From: Moniliella sp. 'wahieum'
Taxonomy: Eukaryota
Direction of reading: 5' to 3'
DNA: 64,000 nucleotides
Assembly: GCA_003971905.1 (NCBI GenBank)
Contig: RSEE01000040.1
Coordinates: 62,001 to 126,000, forward strand
The notes under the pieces were generated by a model, which had not been told where the DNA came from, did not search any database, and worked only from the letters and a program-made list of their open reading frames with translations. This document shows positions 24,726-36,594 of this stretch, piece by piece. Each line of letters starts with the position of its first letter. Within the stretch, counting starts at the first letter, position 1. The translations under genes were made by a program, and so were the position numbers.

Positions 24726-25904
24726 TCAGGTCGCCTTTTTGCTCTCGTCAATCGAGTAGGAACCAGGGCCCATGTTGACCAAAAGCAGTAGGCCACCTAC
24801 AATGGAGAGAGTTTGGAAAAAGTCGTACCGCAAAAAGTCGTGGCTGGGGTGTTTCCTGTTGACCGACCAAAAGTTGTTGACTGCCAGGTTGAAAACGGAG
24901 AGGAGCAAGACGAGAAAAGAGGCTGACCAGCGCGCCTTGAAGCCGACGGCAACCATAGCGCAAGCACCCAGGCCAAGCACGATGGTGATGGCACGCAAAA
25001 AGCTCCACTCGCCATGAAACGCAAACCCAATGAAGAGGAAGATAAGCAGAACACGGCCAGCGAGTTGAAGGTAGAGGTTTTTGTCGCTTTCACTCACTCC
25101 GAGCGAGGGCAGGCCAGCGAACAGCCGCTGGCTTTTCTTTTGCACAGCAAGTGAGTCGGACAGGCACATGAGCAAGCCACCCGTGATGGAAAGAGTGCGT
25201 AGGACGAAGTGCCAGTCCCAAAGCATACCGTAAGCGACGCCTTGGATCAACTGGATTCCCAACAGGGCCCCTACCGACGCCTCGGGGTAGCGCCGGGCAA
25301 TGACAGCAAGCGAAGCGGCAACCATGATGATCATGTTGAGGATGAGAAAGATGTGAGTAATTCCCCAAGGGATGTGGCGGTGCCTTTGGAGAAAGTAGAC
25401 TTGGTCGCTCCAATGGGTCACGAGCCGGAACGCATCTTCCAGAAACGTAGCGACAATCAGGAAGCGTCCAAAGCCGGGCAGGTAAGGTTTGAGCGGGTGA
25501 GTGTAGGTGTCGATGAAATCTTCGGCTGTCGACGACACTTCCTCCAGACGGGCAACCCAGGGATGAGACTGGAGTTGAGCCAGAAATCCTTCCGAAGGAG
25601 CGGAAGACGCAGTGGAGCGGGAGGCATAAGGGGAAGGTGCGTATCCCCCGCCACCAAAGCCGCCAGTGGGGCCAAACCCGTTGGAGAAGGCAGAACCTCC
25701 CCCATAGGAGGGAGCCTGGGCATATGGTGCTGCGCCGCCATAGGCAGGCTGTTGCTGGGCAAACCCTGGGGCAGGAGCGGCCCCATAGGCGTGCACGCCG
25801 CTCGAGGGGGCAGCAGCAGCACTGTGTGGGGCGGCATAGGCTCCACCGGCCGCAGCTGTGCCCCGTGCGTTGAGATGAGAAGCGTAGGGCTGTTGGTACG
25901 CCAT
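24726..25904 (-). CDS. ERV29: ER cargo receptor Erv29/SURF4
   Basis: LKPYLPGFGRFLIVATFLED; YLQLAGRVLLIFLF; DFLRYDFFQTLSIVGGLLLLVNMGPG; C-terminal KKAT (KKxx). Intact ORF. Confidence 0.95.
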   Translation of the reverse strand: MAYQQPYASHLNARGTAAAGGAYAAPHSAAAAPSSGVHAYGAAPAPGFAQQQPAYGGAAPYAQAPSYGGGSAFSNGFGPTGGFGGGGYAPSPYASRSTASSAPSEGFLAQLQSHPWVARLEEVSSTAEDFIDTYTHPLKPYLPGFGRFLIVATFLEDAFRLVTHWSDQVYFLQRHRHIPWGITHIFLILNMIIMVAASLAVIARRYPEASVGALLGIQLIQGVAYGMLWDWHFVLRTLSITGGLLMCLSDSLAVQKKSQRLFAGLPSLGVSESDKNLYLQLAGRVLLIFLFIGFAFHGEWSFLRAITIVLGLGACAMVAVGFKARWSASFLVLLLSVFNLAVNNFWSVNRKHPSHDFLRYDFFQTLSIVGGLLLLVNMGPGSYSIDESKKAT

Positions 25905-26230
25905 GGATGGGGGAGGGGAGGAGGTGGTGGTGGAAGGGGTGGTAGAGAGACGGATGAATTGGCGATGCCCACAAGGTTTGCGATGTCCAGTTGCGGCTGG
26001 CACGCCCGTGATCGTGGGACGTGTGATCACGCCTCCTAGCTTGGGTAGGATCTAGAATGCAATGATTAATGATCGATGATGTTGACTTGGCACGCACACG
26101 GGCAGTCTTCAGCCCTCGGTCACCGATGGGTCACTAGTCCCGGATAACCGGTGATTGTCGCCTGCCCCCTCCCCTGGCGTGTGGTAGCCGGTAGAAGAGG
26201 CCGCAAGCTGCAAGACCGAAACGCTGGCTT

Positions 26231-26254
26231 CCACGTGGTACGTTGCCACGTGGC
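26231..26254. promoter_or_regulatory. Two CCACGTGG (UPRE/G-box-like) sites upstream of ERV29
   Basis: CCACGTGG at 26231-26238 and TGCCACGTGGC at 26244-26254, about 330 bp upstream of the ATG. Confidence 0.45.
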
Positions 26255-28423
26255 GACGGAGGTGGGCGTGCGAACAGGCTGCCGGCGGCGCATGTTTATC
26301 TCGTGTGCACCTCATGTGCGTTCCATGCGCTTCTCCCTCCTGCCCCAGGCTGGGATCCGAGGCCGATCCCTCGCCAGTTGCGGCTTACAGCACCTTGGCA
26401 CTCCCCGCCACGGCGTTCGGCGTGGCTGGGTTGGAAGGTGACATGGTGTCAACACCCAGAGAAGAAAATGAACAATGGCTAGTGCAGTGGGCCGGCGAGC
26501 AAAAGTGGGAGGGGGGCACATGCCGCATTTCACACGTCCCAGGTGATATGGCCACCCAAATGCATAGTAAGTACGTGTTAGTGAGGTAAAAAGCCTAGAG
26601 GAAACCCCACAGCAAAAGCCACACACACCATGCCTTGTGCTCCTGAGGCTCAGCGCGCTCAGGCTTGACGAGCTTGACGCGCTCTGAGATCTGACGCCTG
26701 ACGTCGAGCTGAAATACAACAGAAGTTAGTTGATATAATAGCACACCGATATCATAGTGGCGCTCGTCTCACGGACGAGAAAACAACCTTCTGCCCTCAC
26801 TTCCAGGGTGCTCTCCCGAGATTCCTGGTTGTGGGTGGAAAGAAGACTATGCCGATGATGAGGCCCATAATCCTGATGAACTTCATCACTCTGCCCCAAG
26901 CAGCCAGTGGGCACGGCTATTCATTGTGTGATGGGTTAAGCTATGGACAGCTTCCACCTCTCCATCATCTTCCCTCTTCTGCCCCCAACCCTGTGTCTTT
27001 TGGCCACGATGGACTCTGCACTTCGGACGCTGTCCATGGTGCAATCACATTTGTCCCACGATTCACATGCCGCAGCAGCACTGCTGTCGCCTCCAAGCCC
27101 ACACCTCCCCGCGTCATCACTTTTGTACCATCATGAAAATCCTACCTGTATAATTGAGAAGTGTCCTTTTGTCCAAAGAGCCCCGCAAAGCAACTTGCGA
27201 AAACCCGATTCTCCGCCGCATAAGTCTGCACGATTATCGCCCGTCTTTTCTCAAAGACGTCAAATAGTGTACAGAAGACAGGTTCGACACCCCACAGCAT
27301 CTAGAATTCCGTCCAGATCTTCCCATTCCTGGGACGAACGGCTGCAGAGCCTACGCCTAGCACCCCTGTTTCCTTCTACCAATCTGGTGTACCATAGTTG
27401 CCAATGACTTTTCCTGATCCTCAAGTATAGGTGCGTCAGATGTTGTCGTAAGTGCAGAATGCCGCCTCATCTTCCCCACTTGCTCATCTACAGTCAACAA
27501 GTGGGCTCTGCATCTTCCTATGCCTCCACCCCCCCACCCCCCTCTGTAGTGCCAGTGACAATGTCACCACCTTTCGCATCTCCAATCTTAGCCCCTATCC
27601 CTGTAGTCCGCACCCACATCCAACACCTATTTATACCGAACCGACTACTATATTGTCACCCCAGCAACCTCTCGGTTGTGATCAAGTCGAACCCTCCGAC
27701 GATGCGGGCCCTCAAGGCCCGCGACATGCTGGAATGAAAAGCATTCAAACGATTCAGTACCTAATATATATGGGCAATATTCAAGCCAAGTCAGTGCTGT
27801 GTGGCACGCAGCAACAGGCTCGGTTGCTTCCCGCCCACATGTCGAGAGGTGGTCCGGCTGGCAGGCTCAGCGTCCAAGTCCAGCCCCCGGCCCCTCTGCC
27901 CCCTCCCCCCTTTCTCTCATCTTGCCAAGATAATAGTATTGGACCTGAATCCCCCAACGGGCTGGATACAAGAACGGAGGGAATGTGAAGAAGGGACAGC
28001 GGATGCATGTACCACAGCCTTATCTCCCCACAACCGTTGCGCCGTCGCTCTGCCTCTCGGTCCTCGTGTTTGGGCAGCCATTAAAGGAGGCAGATGCCGA
28101 GCCACGCATTGATGACGTAGAGGGGACCGGCCTGCTTGTTCGGCCGGGTACCTCATGTCGTTCTCCACATGTGCAGGAGATACCAGGGTTACCTCTTGAA
28201 CTGGTTGTGGAACGAGCAAGCAGAGCACACGCCGGATAATGGGCCAGCCTCTTCATAGGTTCAGCGGATTTTTGTCCATGTGCTCCAATATAACAGCGGG
28301 TATAATGGCCACTAATTGTTAGGACATACGACACAGGGATAAGTTCTGGCATGGAGGTAACTCATTGAAGCGCCTATAATATAGCTTGTAGGGGTAATAG
28401 TGCAACGGAGAGCGAGACAGCAA

Positions 28424-28635
28424 ATATTCAGTACGAGGAGACCACCGGGCCTATGGCCCGGTCTGCTGCGTCTCGCCACCGTAGCCACCGTTCCACCGTT
28501 CCCCCGGTCCACCATTGCCACCTTAGCCACCGTTCCCCCCTTCGCCACCGTAGTTATAATATCACCGATACGCGCTAGCTGCGGGTGGCTGGGAACGTGG
28601 CACCGGTCGGCACGTGCCTATGACGTAAAAGATGC
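28424..28635 (+). mobile_element. Isolated copy of the putative 5' leader of the CRE-like element
   Basis: accgggcctatggcccggt hairpin, GCCACCGT-type subrepeats and gctgcgggtggctgggaacgtggcaccggtcggcacgtgcctatgacgtaaaagatgc, all shared with 43362-43581. Confidence 0.75.
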
Positions 28636-28887
28636 ACGGCGGACACTTTTTGCGTATGACATCGAGATAAAATCAGCCAGTGGCTACGCTCTCGAGCGAT
28701 GGTCAGCAATTGAGGGAGGAGTCGTCTAGCCCTCACACCTGCTCTGGCGAGTGTGCCGAGAGAAAGAGGATGAAGAGAGGAGACAGGCAGCCTTCCTCTT
28801 ATGGATTGTAGCACTCATCGTCTCACGGCCCGCCTCGCCTGCCCTTACTACACAAATACTTGTCATACCATCGACGTCATCCGACTA

Positions 28888-28948
28888 TCACCGATCATCG
28901 AGATCATCGATCATCGATCATCTGTCACATGTCACCGATCACCGGTCA
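28888..28948. repeat. Heptamer lattice (7 in-phase TCA)
   Basis: 28904-28948: TCA TCGA TCA TCGA TCA TCTG TCA CATG TCA CCGA TCA CCGG TCA. Confidence 0.9.
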
Positions 28949-29794
28949 CTCCGGTCACCGGCCTCATCTGCGGCTGGCATCGATATAGTCACTAGTCATC
29001 TGCAGTAGCTAATGGTAGTGCCACAGCAGGGTGTTTCGTGGTGGGCGAACTCCTGCGGGGGAATATAAGATTCAAGTAACAACACTCAGTTTGAGTACAC
29101 TCAGACGTGGTTGGTTGGTCACAGCAGACTTGTGGACGTGGGGCGACTGCAAGCAACTGCGGGCGGAGCGGCAGAGAGACGAGGGGGGCTATCGACAGTC
29201 CCTGTGCCGGGACGGGGGACAGTCTGGGAGGGGCGGGAAGGGACGACGTGTGACATGTGATGTATGATGTGGCGAATGAGCATAGTGGCTATATGTGTGG
29301 GTCGACTGAGGTTGAGTGGTTGAGTACTCAGATCAACGAGTAACTCAGATCTTAGACCGGGGGTATACGGAGAGGTTCTGCATTCATTTTCTCGTAGACG
29401 CCATACTTTAAAGTGCAACGCTCTAAGTACTCAGCGCGCTCAGCGCTAATAAAACACGCCTCAGCTGAGGCTGAGTATTATACTGCCCGAGTCCGCCTCG
29501 TTGAGTCGCTCGCTGAGTCGGAGCCTGTCGAACGTCGAAAAGGCTCTAGAAGAGGCGCTGGGCCAGGCGGCTGGTTATGACTGCATCCGATGGCATCAGC
29601 AGGGGCGGTGCGAGACGGGGCAGTATCAGTGGTGCACCAGCATCTCTTCGCGCACTTTTCCTCTCGCCCTCTCCCCTTCTTGCTCACCCTCGCGCCACCA
29701 GCATCCCCGTCGCCATCTCCAGCCGCTGAGCGTCTCTCTTGTTGCTGTTGTCCACCTTGCCTTTCTACTTGCCTTCCAAAAGCCGGTCCCCACC

Positions 29795-32700
29795 ATGCCC
29801 ACTGCCATCGTCCGCATACCCGGCGCGGGGCTAACCGGCCTCGTCCCCCAGCTGCCTGAGCCTCCCGTCCTCGAGCGCACTCGCAGCCTCAGTCCCACCG
29901 CTCAGCCCCGTCCCCTCACCATACCCATGCAACGCAGCCTGTCCTCCCCCGGCGACCCTTTTCCTCGCGCCCCACTTCCCCACACTATCCACCTCGAGCG
30001 CAACCCGACGCATACCATTGCGAAAGCCATTGCCACCACTTCCGCTCTTGGCACAGTGCGACACCTGCGGATCCCGGGCACGTGGGGCGGGGACGTTGGC
30101 GGCCTGCTCGACGACGTCCTCCCTGAGGTTGGGCCTCACTTGCTCTCCCTCGATCTCAGCCAATGTTCACTGTCCCACTTACCGCCAGCACTCCGGCTGT
30201 GCACGTCATTGGAAGAATTGACCTGTCGGGCAACCCTCTGCGTGATCCCCCCCCTTGGCTCGGTAACTTTACCAAGCTGCGCAGCCTCACTCTCGATCAT
30301 ACTGGCTTGTCCTCCATACCAGATGAATGGGTAGGGCTGGTGCAGTTGACCTCGCTAAGCTTGGCGCGCAACGAGTTGACGCATCTTCCATCCTGGCTCC
30401 ACCGTCTTCGGCACTTAAGCGAATTGAGCCTAGAGGGCAATCCGTTTGAAGCTCCTTGGGACGAAATGACGAATCTTTTGGCTCCTGCCACACCTCGCCA
30501 TTCTTCTTCCTTAAGCACGGACGGGTCCCTGGTCGATTCACCTGTGGACCTGTCGCCCCGACTCTCCCCCTTTCCAACCCTTTCCTCACCTCGGCTTCAA
30601 CGATTTCGACATCCAGTTCCTATATCCCTCCCTCTCCGCCCCAACTACCCAGGAAGTCGGCCGATAGCCATCTGCACCCTAAGACCCCTACCAAGGCATC
30701 TCATATCAGTTTGAAGTCGCCAAGCAAGATGCTCTCATCCCTCAACATCTCCCCCACCCCCCAGGGCTGGACTGCCATGCTGAAGCACAAGCCGAAACCC
30801 CCATCACGCACCGTCTCCAACCCATCCCGACCTCTGTCCTTCTCGCCAGATGCGGTCGCTCCCCGCGCGGTAGGAGGAACCGAACTGTTCCCCAGTGGCG
30901 TCCGCGCCCGCGCAGTCTCGGGCCCAGGAGCCGTCTTAACGCCTGTGTCTTCCTCACCAGGCACTCCCACTGGCTCAGCCAAGACGATCTGCCAGGCCAG
31001 CCAAGCCGACACAAACTCTGCTCAGCCAAGCCCGCTACGGCTTCCTTCCCGTTCGTTCTCGGATAAGAGGAGTCACGAGGCAGAGGAAGAGCAGAAGGAT
31101 GCCCATGGGTACGGGTCAAGGCGTTGCTGCAGTACCTGCAAGACTTGGAAGCCCTCCATCCTTCTGCCTGCTCCCCTGTTTCAGCCGACATGCAGAAAGT
31201 AGCGCCCTTGCCCGCTGTCACCCCCACCCCCCACTCCACTCGGATGGGAAATGAGGTGAACTCCCCTACTTCGCCCAGCAGTTCGGTCGCCACGCCTTCG
31301 GTCTTCTCCTTTGAATCAGTTTCCCGGCACGTATCCGCATCGTCCCAGTCCACGGCCCGGCTCCCCAGCCTTGCCCCTGGGGTGGCCAGGGAGACCGACA
31401 ATGAGGTTGCCAACCATGTGGAGCATCTCCAATCCCCGCGCACGATGATCCGGGGGAGGCGCAAGGTGCTGGAAGAGTTGGTGGGATCGGAAGAAACGTA
31501 TGTTCAAGGGCTTCAGGCGCTTGTTGACGTGTATGTGGCACCTTGCCGCACTTTCAAGGACAAGCCACCCGTTCCTCTTCAGCAACAGAAGGTAGTGTTT
31601 GGCAATGTGGAGGCACTGCTGTTCTTTCACAAGTATACCTTCCTTCCGGCACTTCGGCGGGCATGCAGCCTGTTGTCCCGGATTTCCTCGCATGAGACGT
31701 GGAAGAGCAAAGATGCCCAGGATCGGTGCCTCCTTGCTACGCAGCAGGTTGCTCAGGTCTTCCTTCAGCATACCGCGTTTCTCCGTACATACACCACGTA
31801 CACCAACAACTGTGACCTAGCCCAGCAAATCGTGATTAGTTGGGGCGAGGCGATCCATCCCAATTCCCCAGGGGACGTGGTAAAGCGTAGGCGGTCGGCG
31901 ATCTTGGATCCCTCCCAATGGAACCGAGGAAATGCACTTCCTGCTTTGAGCCGCAGCAACAAGACAATACCTTGTCGGTAAACAAGCAGAAGCGGGTGCA
32001 CAAGTATCTCAAGAAGGCCGCTGCCGACCCGCGAACGTCGGCACTAGGATTGGAGAGTTACCTTACTTCCAGTTCAGCGCATCCCACGCTACCGTCTGAT
32101 GCTGGAGGACCTGGTGCGGTGCACTGAGATGACACCCGCCTCGGCCGATGGAGCAGAGGGCTGCGTTGGTCAAACCCTCTCCTCGGCCTTGGTTTCTGTG
32201 TTGACGGTGGCCAAGGAGATGAACGAGGCCAACGGCAGGCAGAACACGAACAACGGTTGGGGGATTGGCACACTTACTTTCTCCAGCATGGGCTGTATCA
32301 ATCCATGCGTTTGTCCACCTTGGTTCAGCCTCGCCGACGGCTGCTGAAGGAAGGCACGCTGGTTCTGAAGCGGATTGTGAAACCTAGTTTTACTATCGGT
32401 CACTTCCCTGATGTTGAAGTTGGTGCGCCCAAGACATCGGCTGGGATCCAATCCGCAGTGGCTCGCTCTAGTACGACAGGTACCGGGAAGCTGCCTACGT
32501 TGCAACAGGAGTGGGTGCCTAACCAGAAGGCCACGTTGCTGTTGTGCAATGATCTCATTCTCTTGCTTCTGGAGGAGGAGGTAACGCGGTATCAGAAAGT
32601 CACAACTTTCGCCAAGACTATCATCGCCGACTCGGCCGTCGTTCCTCTACCCTTTTCACCATTCCCTCGCATTCCTCCCCAGGGGCACTGGGCTAACGTC

Positions 32701-32925
32701 GCCCTCGATGGGAGAACGTGAGGGGGAACAGACTTGGGCACTCAAGACCTGTATCGACCTCGCTCCTCGTACAGGCTCGAACCCGAGCAGATCTCCGTTG
32801 ATGGGAAAATGGTGCGCCTACATGACGCACGTACGATTTACTACCTTACCGCTCCTTCGGCGACGGTAGCAGCTGAGTGGGGCAAAGCGTTTTACTCGGC
32901 TCAATCGGAGCGACGCGAGCAGTGA
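29795..32925 (+). CDS. Leucine-rich-repeat + RhoGEF (DH) + PH-like protein
   Basis: LRRs LLSLDLSQCSLSHLP / DLSGNPL / LRSLTLDHTGLSSIP / LTSLSLARNELTHLP / LSELSLEGNPF; DH RRKVLEELVGSEETYVQGL..VFGNVEALL..VQRIPRYRLMLEDLVRCT; PH-like RRLLKEGTL..LLLCNDLILL. Confidence 0.85.
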
Positions 32926-33509
32926 ACTAACTTCAACGTCAAAAGTGATGGCGTATAGCGAAGCAAACTGCGCCTTGTTTCCGCCTCTTCTGGACACTCT
33001 TCCACCACGCCTCCCCTCCTCCCCTACTTCTATACCATCACCATCTTTTTTCGCTTTCTCCTTTCTGTTGTTCTGTCTTTATGTGTTTAAATATGGTTTG
33101 TCTTCTTGTTCATTCAATGTACCATCGTTCATGTTCCCCCCTCCCCGTATGCCGGGCTTTGTGATCTGGATGATACCGCCTATGCTTGCCTCTGTTATAC
33201 CGGGCTATACTGCCAACGGCGATAGACCCTCTCCCTCCCTCCTCTTCTGCTCTCATTGATGGGTTTTATGGACTATAGAAAACTGTGAAAGAAGGAACAA
33301 TGTTTGCTTTTGATACTACTTAGTACCTCCCTCTTATAGTCATCTTCCTCTTTATACCGCTACTGCCGATGCAAGTTAAAAATTGCCTCTCTTCGCCTGA
33401 TGTTACGGGACCGACCGGATGGACGAAGAGACTTAGTAGGGAAGAGGGGGCAAAGGTAGTATGTGGGCTCTCGCCTCTAGGACGAGTGACGTCTCCAGTG
33501 CTGCTCGAA

Positions 33510-35417
33510 CTACTCTGTCATGAGAAGACTGATTGTTGCATGATTGTTTGATGCGTTGAACGTGTGGAATTGAAGGGAAGACATATGAGAAAATACAAAT
33601 ACATCATGCGACATACTTAGGCACCAAGCAACACCATCGCAGCCGACACAATAGTGGTGGCCCAGAGGGCACTGGCACCGGGAGTTGGGGGCAGACTGCC
33701 CCCCATGCGCGTCCAGCCATCGGGGTATAACTCTAGTGCGATCCGCTTCCCGCGCTCGCCCACCCCCAGCACCACGGGAAAGGCCATTTTCTTCCTCGCG
33801 CGCAGTAATGCGGAACGCGACTTTGTCGCTGTCCTCCTCCAACGACCCAAATAGACTAAAGCAGATGTGCACCGACCGACCGTCTCCCAGCAGCGAGGGG
33901 AGGATCATGCGGAACGGGGCATCGTCCAGGTTCGAGTTGGCGTTGGGAGTATGGGTACGCTTGCGTTTAGGTCTGCGTTTGTGCCTTGGTCCTCGCTGGT
34001 GCTGACACAGGGGGAGAGTAGTGTCAGGTCAGAGGGAGAGGCTTTATAGTTCAGGAGCGGCTCAGCAGTTCTTGGTTCGGTCTCTGCCTCCGTCTCCACG
34101 TCATGGTTCAGGGCCCCGCTGCTTTCTGACGAGTGCAAGAAAAGGGGGGGAGGAGCATCGCTAGTGTTGCAGCTGGAGAAGATGCTGGTTTCCCTGATGG
34201 ATTTGGCCTTGTTGTCCGTATCTACCCATAGGGAGGAAGAACTGTCGCAACTGCACTGTCCTGTCTTGCCTTCCCTTTCATCTCCGGCCTGGATTGGGAG
34301 AGGCAGCCGGATCGGGCATGCAGTCGTAAAGGAGGAGTCCACCGCATTCACACTCTTCGGTCCATCTTCGAGGGACTCCGGGCATGTAAGGCACGTGGGT
34401 TGGGTCCAGGGGGCAGAACAGGCGTGCACCATGGGCGGACTGGTCGGGGTCATTGGTGAGCAGCGTCGATCGAACCGCCCTCCCGCAGCCTCTCTGTACG
34501 AAGCATGGCAGAGTTCGGAAGCCATGCTTGATTCAGTGTGGGTCTGCGCAGGCTAAAGCGTGACTTGAATTTGTCTCGGCGCGGTTTCTGTTCGTGAGGG
34601 GTAGTGGAGGGTGCCGCCGTGGTGGTGGAAGAAGACGCAAACGGGAAGAGCCACGCGACGGATGAGCTGTCAAAGGTAGAAGTGGATGAGGTATGATGGT
34701 TGCGAGCATTGTGAGTGCTGACGCTGAAGCTGGAGCTGCGGCTGGAGCGGGAACTGAGGCTGATGGGGAGACTGGCGGTAGGGGTAAGGGCGCAGGAAGA
34801 GAGGGTGCTGCTGACGGATGTCAAAAAACGCAATGCGCGCTTGGTCCCTGATAGTCCACCCGCTCCTCCAGCTGGGGGCAGAGACACGCGGCGCGGAGAG
34901 GCGGCGGTATTGGTCAAACACACAGATTGATCAGGTTGCTGCGCCCCCAGCCACCGCAAGATGGCCATGTGAGGCTGACAGAAAGGGTGCAATGTCCGTG
35001 GCCATGGAGCGTGGACAAGGACCACCGGGGCAGCGGCCACGTCTGGGTCGCAGAGCGGAAACAAAGGGTCCAGTCCTGGTTTTCCGACGCATGGGCCACC
35101 ATCCAGGCAGCCAAGCCCGACTCCAGCACCAAGGAACTGATGCACCATCCATCTGGATCGAGAGGGAGACCGAGGCTTGACAACGTGTCGACATGGGAGG
35201 TGAGGGCGGAGGTGAGGGCGGTGGTAGCGTGCACGGAGAGTGTGGTGGGAATGAAGGAGAGGCAAACACTTCCCTGTTCAGCTACCCAAGGACTGACATC
35301 TTCTTCCTCGCGGTTGGGCGGTGACGGAGGGCACGTGAAGAGGCTAGCTGGGGGAGGGGAGGCAGACTGATGGGTTATCCGGTGTAATGCGTCGTCCATG
35401 ATGTTCACGTCGAGCAT
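33510..35417 (-). CDS. Hypothetical protein (frameshifted)
   Basis: Chain of minus-strand ORFs (34914..35924, 34450..35265, 33905..34525, 33510..33908) behind a CT-rich leader, starting MLDVNIMDDALH. No family recognised. Confidence 0.5.
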
Positions 35418-36594
35418 CGCAATGTCGCGGTCCGGAGCGAGGCACAGACTTGCAAAACCGCCCAGCAGAGCGGGGGGATCAGTGTGTGGGTGGGAATGGG
35501 AAGGGCGGCGGGCAGGACAGCAGGATCGGAGATGGGTGGCAAAACTGTCCTCCTCTTCCTTGCCGTTGCTAGCCGTGGGCCCGGGCGGGGTGAGAGGCGG
35601 GGCAGAAGCGGGCCATGGTCCGACGGCTGCCTGACGAGCGCATGTGTCTGTTGGGGGAGGTGGCGAGGGGTTGGCGGGGGCGGGTGTGAGGGAGGAGAGC
35701 AGGCCAATAGTGATGGAGGAGCGGTGTGGGAAGCGCGGATGGGCCGAGGGCGGGGCGGAGGAGGGGGCGGAGCGGCAACACTGGTGGAGGACGGCGACAT
35801 GAAGAGAAAGGTAGGCGGAGCGCTCAGGCTGCGCAATGAGATGGAAGGCCCGGGCGGTAGCGGGGAAGGGCAGGCGAGGGGAAGAGGAAGAGAAGAGGGA
35901 TGCTGGACTGGTGGGGAAGAACAACCGATATCAGTGTCGCACAAGCACATATCGCCGTCACACGTGGAAGGGATGATCGATGACAATGGATGAGGCCGGC
36001 CTGAGGCCCTGAGGTTGGCTTGGGTACGTACGAGGGGCAGATGTGTGATCGATGACCACCGATCAGCCAGGCTGGCTCTGGCTTGGTATTTGGCGTTGAT
36101 ATGATATTGACTGGCGTGTTGTGGCTGGTGACGGTGACGGGTGGTATATGATAGCGACGAGCTAGTAACAGAGAGCGGCCAGTGACCAGTGGCAAGTGAC
36201 TAGCTACTAGTTGAACCAGCTATTGGTACTGGTTCCTAGCTCCAGGGACTAGCCAGTGACTAGTGCTAGTGACCTAGTGACCAGGCGCTAGCGACTCGAC
36301 GGGTGAGCACTGGCTACTCTGTTGTTCGGGCCGCAATAGGCCGCAATCGGCCGCCACATCGTTGTTAAACGTGTTAAACGTTAAGCTCGTGAGCTTATTA
36401 GATCTTAGACGGATGGTGCCGTGGGCTGCCGTGCCCCATTTAGCCGACAGGCGCTGTGGCGTTTCTCAATTACGTACAGTGGAGCCCTGCGCTGCGTCCG
36501 CCGTACGAACAGTGCCCCCATTGCGCCACTCTCATTTGGGCCTGAGACCATTGAGGCGTTGGTGCCTCGACCATCTATCGTTACTAGTTACTAG

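Noticed and set aside
25560..25904. Prion-like Y/G/A/P-rich N-terminus of Erv29
   Set aside because: Variable low-complexity N-terminal extensions appear common in fungal SURF4 proteins; no specific evidence of novelty.
26800..28250. Several medium ORFs between ERV29 and the leader repeat
   Set aside because: No coherent frame or domain recognised; could be a decayed gene.
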